Shown piece after piece: positions 19,054-30,135 of a DNA stretch of 64,000 bases. The stretch's first letter is position 1. The number at the start of each line of letters is the position of its first letter. The stretch is from an uncultured Actinomycetota bacterium (lineage in GTDB: Bacteria > Actinomycetota > Actinomycetes > Propionibacteriales > Nocardioidaceae). Position numbers and translations under genes: made by a program. The stretch is from contig CAVPRL010000002.1 of the NCBI GenBank assembly GCA_963707845.1, forward strand, positions 123,532 through 187,531, in the 5' to 3' direction. A model generated the notes under the pieces. The model had not been told where the DNA came from and did no database searches. It saw only the letters and a list, made by a program, of their open reading frames with translations.

Positions 19054-21080
19054 GCACCCTGCACGATGAACTCCTTGCGCGGGGCGACGTCGGAGCCCAT
19101 CAGCAGCTCGAAGACGCCTGCCGCGCTCTCGGCACTGTCGACGGTGAGCCGCCGCAGCGTGCGGTGGCGCGGGTCCATCGTGGTCTCGGCCAGCTGGTCG
19201 GCGTCCATCTCGCCGAGGCCCTTGTAGCGCTGCACCGGGTCCTTCCAGCGCACGTTCCGCTTCTTGAGGTCGGCCAGCTTCCGCTGCAGCTCGTCGTCGG
19301 AGTAGGTGTAGACGTACTTGTCCATCCCCTTCTTGGGGTTGGAGATCTCGATCCGGTGCAGCGGAGGTACGGCGGTGTAGACCCGTCCCTCCGAGATCAG
19401 GTCGGGCATGTACTTGTAGAACAGCGTCGCCAGCAGGCACCGGATGTGGGCGCCGTCGGAGTCGGCGTCGGCCATGAAGATGATCCGGCCGTACCGGCGC
19501 GCCTCCAGCTCGAAGGTGCGCCCCGAGCCCGCGCCGACCACCTGGATGATCGAGGCGCACTCGGTGTTCTTGAGCATGTCGCCGACCGAGGCCTTCTGGA
19601 CGTTGAGGATCTTGCCCCGGATCGGGAGCAGCGCCTGGAACTCGGAGTTGCGCGCCAGCTTCGCCGTGCCGAGAGCCGAGTCACCCTCGACGATGAAGAG
19701 CTCGGTCTTCTCGTTGTCCGCCGCGCGGCAGTCGGCGAGCTTCGAGGGCAGCGCCGAGGACTCGAGCGCGTTCTTGCGGCGCTGCGTCTCCTTGTGCTGA
19801 CGGGCCGCGATCCGGGTCTTGGCCGCGCCGGCGACCTTCTCCATGACCAGCTTGGCCTGTGCCTTCTCGGCCCGCTTGGTCGAGGTCAGGAACTTCTTGA
19901 GCTCCGCCGCGACCACCTTGCGTACGACGGTCCGCGCGGCCGGCGTACCGAGGATCTCCTTGGTCTGGCCCTCGAACTGCGGCTCCGCGAGGCGGACGGT
20001 CACGACGGCGGTCATGCCCTCCATGACGTCGTCCTTGGTGACGTCGTCGTCGTTGACCTTGAGCACCTTCGTCGCCTTCATGGCGTCGTTGAAGGTGCGG
20101 GTGATGGCGTTCTCGAATCCGCTGACGTGGGTGCCGCCCTTCGGGGTGGCGATCACGTTGACGAAGGAGCGCATCACGGTCTCGTAGCCGGTGCCCCACC
20201 GCACGGCCACGTCGACGTGCAGCTCGCGCTCGACGTCCTGGGGCGTCATGTGGCCCTGCGCGTCGAGCATCGGGACGGTCTCGGTGAAGGTGTCCGAGCC
20301 CTGCAGCCGCACGATCTCGGTCACCGGCTCGTCGGGGGCGAGGAAGTCCGCGAACTCGGCGATGCCGCCGTCGTGGCGGAACTTCTCCTCGCGGGGCGTC
20401 TCGCCGCGCAGGTCCCGGATCACGATCTCGAGGCCGGGGACGATGAACGACGTCTGCCGGGCCCGACCGATCAGGTCCTCGAAGACGAACTCCGCGTCCT
20501 TGGTGAAGATCCGCCGGTCCGGCCAGAAGGTGATCCGGGTGCCGGACGTACCCTTCGCGACCCGGCCGCCCTTGCGGGTCAGCCCGGACCTCGGCTCGAA
20601 CACTGCGTCCGGTCCCGGAGCGGCGAAGACACCCGGGGCGCCGTGCCGGAAGGACAGGCCCTGCTCCGACGGGGAGCGCTGGACGTCGATGTCCATCCGG
20701 GCCGAGAGCGCGTTGACGACCGACAGACCGACGCCGTGCAGGCCGCCGGTCGCGACGTACGAGCCGCCGCCGAACTTGCCGCCGGCGTGCAGCTTGGTCG
20801 CGACCACCTCGACGCCGGGCAGCCCGGTCTTGGGCTCCTTGTCGGTGGGGATGCCGCGCCCGTCGTCGTGGACCTCCGCTGAACCGTCCGGGTGCAGGCT
20901 CACCTCGACGCGGTGCGCGGCGCCCGCGAGCGCCTCGTCGACCCCGTTGTCGATGATCTCCCAGAGGCAGTGCATCAGCCCGCGCGTGTCCGTGGAGCCG
21001 ATGTACATCCCGGGCCGCTTGCGCACCGCCTCCAGCCCCTCGAGGACGAGGAGGTGAGCGGCGTTGTACGTGTTGTCGAT
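19020..21080 (-). CDS. parE: DNA topoisomerase IV subunit B
   Basis: LEAVRKRPGMYIGST, WEIIDN (GHKL), VEGDSA, ADADSDG (toprim), QRYKGLGEM; start placed at ATC behind AGGAG. Confidence 0.9.
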   Translation of the reverse strand: MDNTYNAAHLLVLEGLEAVRKRPGMYIGSTDTRGLMHCLWEIIDNGVDEALAGAAHRVEVSLHPDGSAEVHDDGRGIPTDKEPKTGLPGVEVVATKLHAGGKFGGGSYVATGGLHGVGLSVVNALSARMDIDVQRSPSEQGLSFRHGAPGVFAAPGPDAVFEPRSGLTRKGGRVAKGTSGTRITFWPDRRIFTKDAEFVFEDLIGRARQTSFIVPGLEIVIRDLRGETPREEKFRHDGGIAEFADFLAPDEPVTEIVRLQGSDTFTETVPMLDAQGHMTPQDVERELHVDVAVRWGTGYETVMRSFVNVIATPKGGTHVSGFENAITRTFNDAMKATKVLKVNDDDVTKDDVMEGMTAVVTVRLAEPQFEGQTKEILGTPAARTVVRKVVAAELKKFLTSTKRAEKAQAKLVMEKVAGAAKTRIAARQHKETQRRKNALESSALPSKLADCRAADNEKTELFIVEGDSALGTAKLARNSEFQALLPIRGKILNVQKASVGDMLKNTECASIIQVVGAGSGRTFELEARRYGRIIFMADADSDGAHIRCLLATLFYKYMPDLISEGRVYTAVPPLHRIEISNPKKGMDKYVYTYSDDELQRKLADLKKRNVRWKDPVQRYKGLGEMDADQLAETTMDPRHRTLRRLTVDSAESAAGVFELLMGSDVAPRKEFIVQGAYEVDAQALDA

Positions 21081-21448
21081 CGTGGGGCTCCTGCGGGCTG
21101 GAAATCCGATTGTTACGTCGACCCCGAATCTACCTGCGACACGCCGGGCACCGATGAAGGCACGCCTGTCAGGGGCGGGTCTACCGTGGGCCCCACTTCC
21201 CCGAGCACGGCACCATCGTTCGAACGGCACCACGTTTCACCGGCGTACGACGTCACGATGTGGACACGATCGGCTCTCGGGAGGTCGGTTCCGGAACGCG
21301 ACAGCGACCCCGGGCGTCACACTCATCACCCGCAACAACTGAAAACTCCCCGCCGGCAGCCTTTCGAGGCATGGAATTCTGCCGATGAGGGAAGACACAG
21401 CATGATTGGATGACGTGTCAGGCACCACGTAACTACCGGACCAGGACG

Positions 21449-21475
21449 GGAATCTTGGACCGGGCCGCTACGTTG
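21449..21475 (+). promoter_or_regulatory. SigR/SigH-type ECF promoter
   Basis: GGAAT-N18-GTTG, 38 nt upstream of the 21513 start. Confidence 0.7.
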
Positions 21476-21512
21476 AGCCAGATACCGAGGCAGGACGAGA
21501 AATGAGGCCGAT

Positions 21513-21737
21513 GTGACTACTGCACTTGCCCCCAACACCGCAGCGCTCAGCGCCGTGGACCGTTGCGACCGTTGCGGCGCCCAGGCCTACCTCCGTGTGG
21601 AGCTCCAGTCGGGCGGTGAGCTGCTCTTCTGCGCCCACCACGCCCGTGAGCACGGAGACAAGCTCAAGGAGATCGCCGCCAACGTTGTCGACGAGACGCA
21701 CAAGCTCTCCGCCACGCCCTCCACCACGACCGACTGA
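21513..21737 (+). CDS. Small conserved actinobacterial Cys/His protein (DUF7455-like)
   Basis: DRCDRCGAQAY...LLFCAHH; GAGG RBS; recalled as commonly divergent from parE. Confidence 0.82.
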   Translation: MTTALAPNTAALSAVDRCDRCGAQAYLRVELQSGGELLFCAHHAREHGDKLKEIAANVVDETHKLSATPSTTTD

Positions 21738-21765
21738 CGAAGGTCGCGCACCTTCGTACGACTTC

Positions 21766-21801
21766 CACGACGGCCCCGGACTGATGTCCGGGGCCGTCGT
21801 G
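21766..21801 (+). terminator. Intrinsic terminator hairpin
   Basis: Perfect 16-bp stem CACGACGGCCCCGGAC/GTCCGGGGCCGTCGTG, 4-nt loop, followed by CATTT. Confidence 0.8.
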
Positions 21802-21829
21802 CATTTCCTGGCCTCGCGCTTGTGACAGG

Positions 21830-22315
21830 GTGCTGCCCGTGACCGCCACGACCCTGATCGCCGCCCTGCTCGTGGCGGTCGGCTTGGTCGGCATCCTGGT
21901 CCCGATCCTTCCCGGCTCGATGCTCGTGGTGGGCGGCATCCTGATGTGGGCGTGGGCCGAGGGCGGCGCCACCGCCTGGACGGTCTTCGCGATCGCCACC
22001 GCGCTCGTCGTCGCCGGCACCATCGTCAAGTACGTCGTACCCGGCCGCCGCCTCCAGGTCGCCGGCATCCCCGCCTCGACCCAGTGGGTCGGCGTCCTGC
22101 TGGGCGTCGTCGGGTTCTTCGTGGTCCCCGTGGTCGGGCTCTTCCTGGGATTCGTGCTCGGCGTCTACCTCGCCGAGCTCGTCCGCGTCGGCACCAAGGA
22201 GGCGTGGCCCTCGACGGTCCACTCGCTCAAGGCGGTCGGGCTGAGCATCGTCGTCGAGTTCATCGCCGCCCTGGGCGCGACCATCGTGTGGATCGGCGGA
22301 GTGATCGCGACATGA
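21830..22315 (+). CDS. DUF456 family membrane protein
   Basis: GILVPILPG, FVVPVVGLFLGFVLGVYLAE. Confidence 0.8.
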   Translation: MLPVTATTLIAALLVAVGLVGILVPILPGSMLVVGGILMWAWAEGGATAWTVFAIATALVVAGTIVKYVVPGRRLQVAGIPASTQWVGVLLGVVGFFVVPVVGLFLGFVLGVYLAELVRVGTKEAWPSTVHSLKAVGLSIVVEFIAALGATIVWIGGVIAT

Positions 22316-23145
22316 GCATCCTGCTGTCCCTCTTCGCGGCCGCGTCGTACGGTCTGGGCGACTTCAACGGCGGGATCTTCTCCCGGCGCGGCGGCGCCTG
22401 GGCGGTCTCGCTGGTCGCCCAGCTGGCCGGTACGGCGCTGGTGCTGGTCCTGGTCGCCTTCGACGGCGGCTCCCCCACCGGCACCGACCTAGCGTGGGCG
22501 GTCGTCGCCGGTGTCGGCAACGGCTTCGGTACGGCGTTCCTCTACCGCGGGCTGTCGTCCGGGCGGATGGGCGTCGTGGCGCCGGTCTCCGGGGTCGGCG
22601 CGGTGCTCGTCCCGGTCATCGTCGGCGTGCTCACCGGCGAGCGGCCCGGCGCTCTGGTCTGGCTCGGCGTGCTGCTCGCGCTCCCGGCGATCTGGCTGGT
22701 CTCCCGCGAACCGTCGAGCGGCCCGACCGTGGGTGCCGGCTCCGGCATCCTGGACGGGGTCCTGGCGGGCCTGGGCTTCGGCACCCTCTTCGCGACCCTG
22801 GCGCAGATCCCGGAGAAGGCCGGGTTCCTGCCGCTCGCGCTCAACCAGCTCGTCGCCGGCGGAGCGATCATCGTCGTCGCCCTGGCGCTGCACCAGGACT
22901 GGGTCCCCCGCAACCGGTACGCGCTCGGCGGAGCCATCAGCGGCGCGCTCGGCGCGCTGGCCACCGGCCTCTTCCAGGTCGCGACCCAGCACGGCTACCT
23001 GACCGTGGCCGCGGTCATCACCTCGCTCTACCCGGCCTTCACCGTGCTGCTCGCGGCGACCGTGCTCCGCGAGCACGTGCACCGCACCCAGGCGATCGGG
23101 CTGGCGCTCTGCGCCGGAGCCGTGGTGCTGGTGGCCGCGGGATGA
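22312..23145 (+). CDS. EamA/DMT family transporter
   Basis: YGLGDFNGG, GRMGVVAPVS, SLYPAFTVLLA...LRE; ATGA overlap with the upstream gene. Confidence 0.85.
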   Translation: MSILLSLFAAASYGLGDFNGGIFSRRGGAWAVSLVAQLAGTALVLVLVAFDGGSPTGTDLAWAVVAGVGNGFGTAFLYRGLSSGRMGVVAPVSGVGAVLVPVIVGVLTGERPGALVWLGVLLALPAIWLVSREPSSGPTVGAGSGILDGVLAGLGFGTLFATLAQIPEKAGFLPLALNQLVAGGAIIVVALALHQDWVPRNRYALGGAISGALGALATGLFQVATQHGYLTVAAVITSLYPAFTVLLAATVLREHVHRTQAIGLALCAGAVVLVAAG

Positions 23146-24515
23146 GCACCGACGCGGTCGTCGTCGGCTCGGGCCCCAACGGGCTCGCGGCCGCGGTCAC
23201 GCTCGCCCAACGCGGCCTCCGCGTCACGGTGCTGGAGGGGCACGAGGAGATCGGCGGCGGCACCCGGACCTCGGAACTGACGCTTCCGGGCGTGCTGCAC
23301 GACAGGTGCTCGGCCATCCACCCGTTCGGGGTCGGCTCGCCGTACCTCCGGAGCCTGCCGCTCGCCGACCACGGCCTGGTGTGGCGATGGCCCGAGATCG
23401 ACCTGGCGCACCCGCTCGACGACGGTACGGCGGCGGTCATGGTGCGCTCGATCGACGAGACGGCAGCCGGGCTCGGTGCCGACGGGGACCGTTGGCGCGG
23501 CGTCTTCGGTCCGCTCGCGCGGCACTTCGACGACCTGGCGCCGGACATCCTCGGCCCCGTCGTGCACCTGCCCCGGCGTCCGGTGCTGATGGCCCGGTTC
23601 GGGACGCGGGCGGCGTTGCCGGCCACCGTGCTCGCGCGCGCGTTCCGCACCGACGCCGCACGCGGGCTGTTCGCAGGCTGCGCGGCCCACGTCTGCCGGC
23701 CGCTGAACCGACCGACCACCGCCGGGGTCGGCGCGACCCTCATCGCGGCCGGTCACCGGCACGGCTGGCCGGTCGCCGAGGGCGGCTCCCAAGCGATCGC
23801 GGACGCGCTCGCGAGCCTGCTGCGGTCGATGGGAGGCCGGATCGAGACCGGCGTCCAGGTGCGTTCGCTCGCGGCCCTGCCCGATGCCCGGCTGATGCTC
23901 TTCGACACCACGCCCACCGCGTTCGCCGACATCGCCGGGCGACCTCGTCCGCGGTGGCGATACGGCATGGGGGCGTACAAGCTCGACCTCGCCGTCCGCG
24001 GCGGGGTGCCGTGGACGGCGGAGGTGTGTCGCCGGGCCGGCACCGTCCACGTGGGCGGCACGATCGAGCAGATCGCGGAGGCCGAGGCGCAGGCCGCCCG
24101 CGGCGTGATGCCGGAGCGGCCTTTCGTGCTGGTCGGCCAGCAGTACCTCGCCGACCCGACCCGCTCGGCCGGCGACGTGCACCCGGTCTGGGCCTACGCC
24201 CACGTCCCGCACGCGTACGCCGGCGACGTCACGGACGTCGTGCTCGACCAGATCGAGCGGTTCGCCCCCGGGCTGCGCGAGCAGATCGTCGGGATGCACG
24301 TCACCGACCCGGCCGGGTTCGCGGCGTACAACCCCAACTACGTCGGCGGCGACATCGCGTCCGGCGCCGTCACGGTGCCTCAGCTGGTGCGCCGGGCGCC
24401 GTACAGGACAGGCGTGCCAGGCGCCTACCTGTGCTCGTCCTCGACCGCACCCGGCCCCGGCGTGCACGGGATGTGCGGGCACCTGGCTGCGCTGCGGGCT
24501 TTGCGGGACCGATAG
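23142..24515 (+). CDS. Phytoene desaturase-family FAD oxidoreductase
   Basis: VVGSGPNGLAAA dinucleotide fold; GPGVHGMCG; ATGA overlap. Confidence 0.88.
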   Translation: MSTDAVVVGSGPNGLAAAVTLAQRGLRVTVLEGHEEIGGGTRTSELTLPGVLHDRCSAIHPFGVGSPYLRSLPLADHGLVWRWPEIDLAHPLDDGTAAVMVRSIDETAAGLGADGDRWRGVFGPLARHFDDLAPDILGPVVHLPRRPVLMARFGTRAALPATVLARAFRTDAARGLFAGCAAHVCRPLNRPTTAGVGATLIAAGHRHGWPVAEGGSQAIADALASLLRSMGGRIETGVQVRSLAALPDARLMLFDTTPTAFADIAGRPRPRWRYGMGAYKLDLAVRGGVPWTAEVCRRAGTVHVGGTIEQIAEAEAQAARGVMPERPFVLVGQQYLADPTRSAGDVHPVWAYAHVPHAYAGDVTDVVLDQIERFAPGLREQIVGMHVTDPAGFAAYNPNYVGGDIASGAVTVPQLVRRAPYRTGVPGAYLCSSSTAPGPGVHGMCGHLAALRALRDR

Positions 24516-24541
24516 TCCCCCAGACCACTACGCTTTCGCCC

Positions 24542-27243
24542 GTGGAGGACGGGAGCTGGACCGGGGAGCGCGATGGCCTCGTCGGCCGCGAACCGACTCT
24601 GGCCACGCTGCGCGAGCTCCTCGACGAGGGCAGCCGCACCGCCGTCATCAGCGAGATCCCCGGTGCGGGGAAGACCACCGTCCTCACCGCCGTCGGCCGG
24701 GCCGCGGCCGGCGAGGGCCGGCAGGTCCTCGCGCTGACGTGCCACGCCAGCGACCAGGACCTGGCGTTCGGCGCGTTGATCGACCTGCTCGGCTCCGCGC
24801 CGGGAGGCGAGGCCGCCCTCGAGCGGATCGTACGGCGGCTCGACGCACCTCCCTCCGACCCGCTCCTCCTCAGGCTCGATGTGCTCGGCTGGCTCGAGGG
24901 GCTCAGCGAGTCGCGTCCGGTGCTGGTGCTCGTCGACGACGCCCAGTGGTGCGACCCCAGCTCGCTCTCGGTGCTGGGCTTCGTCGCGCACCGGCTCGCC
25001 GGGTCCCGGGTCGCCCTGCTCGCCGCGAGCCGGGGCGACAACCCGCCCGATCCGCTCGCCGACCACCCGCGCGTCGAGCTGACACCCCTGGACGAGCGCG
25101 ACGCCAAGATCCTGCTCCGGCACGCCGGGCTCGAGCTGGACGCCGTCGCCCTGCCGCCTGTCATTCACAGGCGGCAGGCAACCCCTTGGCCCTGCTGGAG
25201 CTCGGCCGCGCCTCCCTCGCCGGCCCGGGCCGGGCGCCGGTCCCCTCCAGCGTGGAGGCGGCGTTCGGGGAGCAGGTGGCCGCACTGCCCGCCGCCAGCC
25301 GCCGGACGCTCCTGCTGGCGGCCGCCTGCGACGGCGACCTCGCCGCCCTGGGCCGCACGCTCGACCCGACGGAGCTGGTCGAGTCCCTTGCCCCCGCGGA
25401 GGAGACCGGACTGGTGCAGCTGGTCGACCGGACGGTGCGGTTCCGGCACCCGCTGGCCCGGGCCGCCGCCTACTCCGCCGCCACCACCGCCGAGCGGACC
25501 CGGGCCCACACGCTGCTCGCCGCGGCGTACGCCGAGGACCCCGGCCGGCAGATATGGCACCGCGCCGAGGCGACCGTCGTACCCGACGAAGCAGTTGCCG
25601 CGTCGCTGGCCGCCTTGGCGAACGAGGCGCAGCACCGCAGCGCGATCATCGAAGCGTCCCGACTGCTGATCCGCGCCGCCGAGCTGAGTCCGGCCCGGTC
25701 GGACCACGACGAGCGCATGCTGCAGGCAGCGCTGATGAACAACGCGGCCGGCAACTTCGACTGGATAGCGCTGGTGTGCGCCCGACTCCGCGCCGAGAGC
25801 GACGACCCGGTGGTGCGGGCGCGGGCCAGCCACTTCATGGCCTACGCCCTCGCCCAGACCGGCGCCCAGAGCCAGGCACGGATCGCTCTCGTCGACGTGC
25901 TCGAGACGCTGCTGACGATCGACCCGAACCTGGGGTGGACCTCCCTGACCACGCTGGCGGTGCTCGTCTACCGCGGCGGCGGCGACGCCCAGGTGGTCGC
26001 CGACTGGCTCGAGCGCTACGAGAACGCCGACACCCTGCCCTCCATCTACCCCGACATCATCTCGGCCGCTCGGGCCTGGGTGCGCGTGCAGATCTCGCCA
26101 CTGCGACGGCCCGCCGACGTGCTCGATCTGGTACGGGACGCCCCGGTCCCCGACTACCCGATCGGCGTCGCTGCGTCGCACGAGATGCTCCTCGGGGCCG
26201 CCTCCTGGCTGCTGGACGAGCCCGAGATCGCCCTGACCCGCCTGGGTCGGTCGATCGAGCTGATGGAGCGGGCGGACGCGCCCGGTGAGATGACGCAGAC
26301 GCTGTTGGCGCAGTCGCTGGTGCAGTTCGCCGTCGGCGACTACGACGGAGCCGACCACAGCGGACGACTCGTCCTCGACATCGCCGAGGCCAGGAACCAG
26401 TCCTACGCGCTGATCGACGGTCGCGAGGTGCGAGCCCGGGTGGCCGGCATCCGCGGCGACGTCGAGACTGCCCGAAGTCTCTGCGACCAGGTGTTGCTCA
26501 GCCTGCGGCCGGGAGACTCGCTCTCGCTCGAGGCCAATGTGCGGGTCACGATGTCGTGGGTGCGGCTCGCCGAGCACAACGTGGCGGGTGCCTGGGACCA
26601 GCTGCGCTGGCTCTTCCGCGAGGACGGCGAGCCGCGGCACGAGCACATCTCCTACCGGGAGCTCGGCCACTACGTCGCCACCGCGGTCCGGGCCGGGGCC
26701 GCGTCCGAGGTCGCGCCCGTGCTCGTCCTCGCCTCCGCGCGACTCGCCGGCGGCGGGCCACGACACCGGCTGGAGCTTGCCCGGGCGCAGGCGCTCGTGG
26801 CCGGTGAGGACGCCGAGCCGCTGCACCGCCGGGCGGTCGTGGACCCGGAGGCGGCCCGGTGGCCGTTCGAGCTGGCCAACGCCCGGCTCGAGTACGGCGG
26901 CTGGCTGCGCAGGCGGCACCGCCTGACCGAGGCGCGCGCCCAGCTGCAGGCGGCTCTCGACGTGTTCGACCGTCTCAACACCCCGGTGTGGGCGGAGATG
27001 GCCCGCGCCGAGCTGCGCGCCGCCGGGGTCGCGACGACCGGGCCCGAGGAGTCCGCGTGGACCGAGCTGACCGGGCAGGAACGCCAGGTGGTCCGGCTCG
27101 CGGCCACCGGGCTCACCAACCCGGAGATCGCCGCATCGCTCTACCTCTCACCGCGCACCGTCTCGACGCACCTCTACAACGCCTTCCCGAAGCTGGGGGT
27201 GACCTCGCGCGCACAGCTGCGCGACGTCGTCATGGACCGCTGA
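24542..27243 (+). pseudogene. LAL-type AAA+/LuxR transcriptional regulator, frameshifted near 25167
   Basis: LVGRE, PGAGKTT and VDDAQW in one frame; AGNPLALLEL, FRHPL and C-terminal LuxR HTH in another. Confidence 0.82.
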
Positions 27244-27305
27244 CGTACGCCATCTCAGTCAGTCGTCCGATACCGGGAACGCTCCCAACTCACTAGCGTT
27301 CCCGC

Positions 27306-30053
27306 ATGACGATCGGGCAGCCAGCGGACAACGGTCTCCTGGGCCGCGCCGACGAGCTGCGCCAGATCGCGATCGTGCTGGGCCACGCGCGCAACGGCCG
27401 CGGCGGCTCGCTGGCGATCACCGGGGACCCGGGCATCGGGAAGACCTCGTTGCTGTCGACGGCGACCTCGGGCCTGGTCGGCGTGCAGCTCGTGAGCGTC
27501 GACGGCTACGAGACCAAGTCGACGATGCCGTACGCCGCCATCCAGCGGCTCGTGGCACCCCTGCAGTCGCACCTGGCGGAGCTGCCGGAGCGGTTCCAGC
27601 AGGCGCTGCGCACAGCCTCCGGGGCTGCCGGCGGCCCGCCCCCGGACCGGTTCCTGGTCGGCCTCAGCGTCCTCGGCCTGCTGGGTGCGGCCGGGCAGTC
27701 CACGCCGGTCGTCGCCGTCGTCGACGACGCGCACCTGCTCGACCGGGAGTCGCTCGACGCCCTGGCCTTCGTCGGCCGCCGGCTCGAGGCCGAGTCCGCT
27801 GCCCTGCTCTTCGCCGGGCGCGACGTGCCGGAGTACACCGACCAGATGGTCGGTGTCGCATCGCTGCGCCTGAGCGGTCTCTCCCCCGATATCGCCGTGC
27901 GGCTGCTGACCCGGTCGGTCTCCGAGGCGATCGACCCTGCCGTCGCGATGCAGATCGCGACGGCGACCGGCGGCAACCCGCTCGCCCTGGTCGACCTGGC
28001 CGACGACCTCACCGTCGCCCAGCTCACCGAGTCGTGCTTCGGCGACGAGCCGATCCCGGTCGGCCGGCACCTGGAGTCGTTCTACGTCCGCCAGGTGCGC
28101 CTCCTGGGCGACGACGTCCGCCTGTGGTTGCTGGTCGCCGCGGCAGACTCGACCGGCGACGTCGACCTGATCACCGCCGCGGCCGACCTGCTCGGGCTGC
28201 CCGGGCACGCCGGTGACGGCGCGGAGGCGGCCGGACTGGTCGAGCTCGGGCAGGCGGTCCGCTTCCGCCACCCGCTGGTCCGCTCGGCGGCGTACAACGC
28301 GGCCTCCGGCAAGGACCGGCGCTGGGTGCACCGGGCCCTGGCCACGATGGCGGAGAAGGCGGGTCTCAGCGAGCTCGAGGCCTGGCACGCTGCCAAGGCC
28401 ACCCTCGGGACCGACGAGGAGGTGGCCCAGCGTCTCGAGGACGTCGCGGACCTGGCGGCCGAGCGCGGCGGCTTCGCCTCCCGCGCCCGGGTGCTGATCC
28501 GCGCCTCGTCCCTGACTCCGCAGGGCCCTCGCAAGTACGCCCGCCTCGTGGCAGCCGCCGAGGCGGCCCTGGAGTCCGGGACCGCGCAGCTGGCCGGCAA
28601 CCTGATCGACGAGATCGACGACGACGCCCTGGACCCGGTCTACCGCGGACGGTTGATCGCCTTGGGTGCCGCCCACTCGCTCTTCACTGCGGCTCCGACG
28701 GTAGTCCGCGGGAGTGCCGACCTGCTCGCCGCCGCGACGCTCTTCCACGGAGAGGACGGCGAGCTCGAGCAGCGCGCGCTGATCAAGGCCTGGGAGCACG
28801 CCCTACCCGCCGAGCGGCTCGCCACCGGCCTCACCTGGACCGAGCTCGGGCAGCGGCTCCGGGACGGCGCCGACGTACATGAGGGCCACGCCGCGACGAT
28901 CCTCCGGGCACTCAGCGCGCTCATCCTGCTGCCGTACGCCGAGGCGGTCCCGGCGATGCGGGCGGCGATCGCCGCCTACGACGAGATGGGGCCGGACGAG
29001 ATCGCGACGTACGGGCACAGCAGCGTCGCCCTCGCCACCGCACTGTGGGACAACGATGCCCGCCACCGGTGCCTGGTCCGGTGTGCCACGGCCGCCCGCG
29101 ACGCCGGCTCTCTCCAGCAGGTCGACAGCGCCCTGTGGGTGCTGTCGCTGAGCGAGACGATGGGCGGCACTCCGCGGCGAGCGGTGCGCTACATGGAGCA
29201 GGTCCGTGACCTGCGCAGAGCCATCGGGTACGACGCCGAGCACGTGGTCAACGTCGCCGTCCTGGCATGGTCGCCGGCGACCCGTGACCAGGTGCTGGGT
29301 CTGACCGAGATGATCCTCGCCATGGGCTTCGGGGGCGTCCACGCCAGCGCCGTGTCGGCGCTCGCGACCGTCGACCTCGCCGACGGCCGGTGCGAGGAGG
29401 CCTACGCCCACCTGAAGCCGCTCGTGGACGACCCGTTCTTCCACGTGACCCAGCTGACCTGGCCGGACTTCGTCGAGGCCGCGGTGCGCACCGGCCGTGA
29501 CGACGAGGCGCGAGCCTTCGCAGACCTGCTCGACGAACGGGCACTGGCCAGCGGCACGCCCTGGGTGCGCGGGGTGGCAGCCAGGTCCCGCGCGCTCGTC
29601 TCCGACGACGACGCCGCGGAGCCGCACTTCCGGGCCGCCGTCGCGGCCCTGCAGGGCGACCGTGCCGCCGTCGAGCTCGGGCGTGCCCACCTCGTGTACG
29701 GCGAGTGGCTGCGCCGCCGCCGGAGGCGCAAGGACGCCCGGGTGCAGCTGGTCGCAGCCGCCGAGGTCTTCGCCGAGACCGGTGCCGAGCCCTTCGTCCA
29801 GCGGGCCAACCGGGAGCTCGAGGCCGTCGGAGCGCCCGCACGCTCCATGCCCAACGGCTCCCTCCCGCCCCTGACCCCGCAGGAGCAGACCGTCGCCGAG
29901 CTGGCCGCGGCCGGGAAGACGAATGCCGAGATCGGGGCCACCATGTTCCTCAGCGCCAACACCGTCGACTACCACCTCCGCAAGGTCTTCCAGAAGCTCG
30001 GGATCTCCTCGCGGCGCCAGCTCTCCGACCGGCTCCAGCGGCACCCCTCGTAG
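27306..30053 (+). CDS. LAL-type AAA+/LuxR transcriptional regulator
   Basis: [35 protein letters not shown]...[11 protein letters not shown]. Confidence 0.92.
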   Translation: MTIGQPADNGLLGRADELRQIAIVLGHARNGRGGSLAITGDPGIGKTSLLSTATSGLVGVQLVSVDGYETKSTMPYAAIQRLVAPLQSHLAELPERFQQALRTASGAAGGPPPDRFLVGLSVLGLLGAAGQSTPVVAVVDDAHLLDRESLDALAFVGRRLEAESAALLFAGRDVPEYTDQMVGVASLRLSGLSPDIAVRLLTRSVSEAIDPAVAMQIATATGGNPLALVDLADDLTVAQLTESCFGDEPIPVGRHLESFYVRQVRLLGDDVRLWLLVAAADSTGDVDLITAAADLLGLPGHAGDGAEAAGLVELGQAVRFRHPLVRSAAYNAASGKDRRWVHRALATMAEKAGLSELEAWHAAKATLGTDEEVAQRLEDVADLAAERGGFASRARVLIRASSLTPQGPRKYARLVAAAEAALESGTAQLAGNLIDEIDDDALDPVYRGRLIALGAAHSLFTAAPTVVRGSADLLAAATLFHGEDGELEQRALIKAWEHALPAERLATGLTWTELGQRLRDGADVHEGHAATILRALSALILLPYAEAVPAMRAAIAAYDEMGPDEIATYGHSSVALATALWDNDARHRCLVRCATAARDAGSLQQVDSALWVLSLSETMGGTPRRAVRYMEQVRDLRRAIGYDAEHVVNVAVLAWSPATRDQVLGLTEMILAMGFGGVHASAVSALATVDLADGRCEEAYAHLKPLVDDPFFHVTQLTWPDFVEAAVRTGRDDEARAFADLLDERALASGTPWVRGVAARSRALVSDDDAAEPHFRAAVAALQGDRAAVELGRAHLVYGEWLRRRRRRKDARVQLVAAAEVFAETGAEPFVQRANRELEAVGAPARSMPNGSLPPLTPQEQTVAELAAAGKTNAEIGATMFLSANTVDYHLRKVFQKLGISSRRQLSDRLQRHPS

Positions 30054-30135
30054 TCACGACTACGCGCGACACGTGGTCCGCGGCGTCCCCAGCACCACCA
30101 CGCTGGGTGGCACCCCTCGACCAAGGAGGCACTCC

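Noticed and set aside
10243-21080. Calling the topoisomerase genes gyrA/gyrB
   Set aside because: The split, convergent arrangement near sigA and away from dnaA/recF fits actinobacterial TopoIV
21240-21440. Named ncRNA or riboswitch in the parE intergenic region
   Set aside because: No recognisable Rfam-type conserved motif by eye; would need Infernal
16500-25180. Programmed ribosomal frameshifting at the two split genes
   Set aside because: No slippery heptamer or homopolymer run at either site; mutation or sequencing error is simpler
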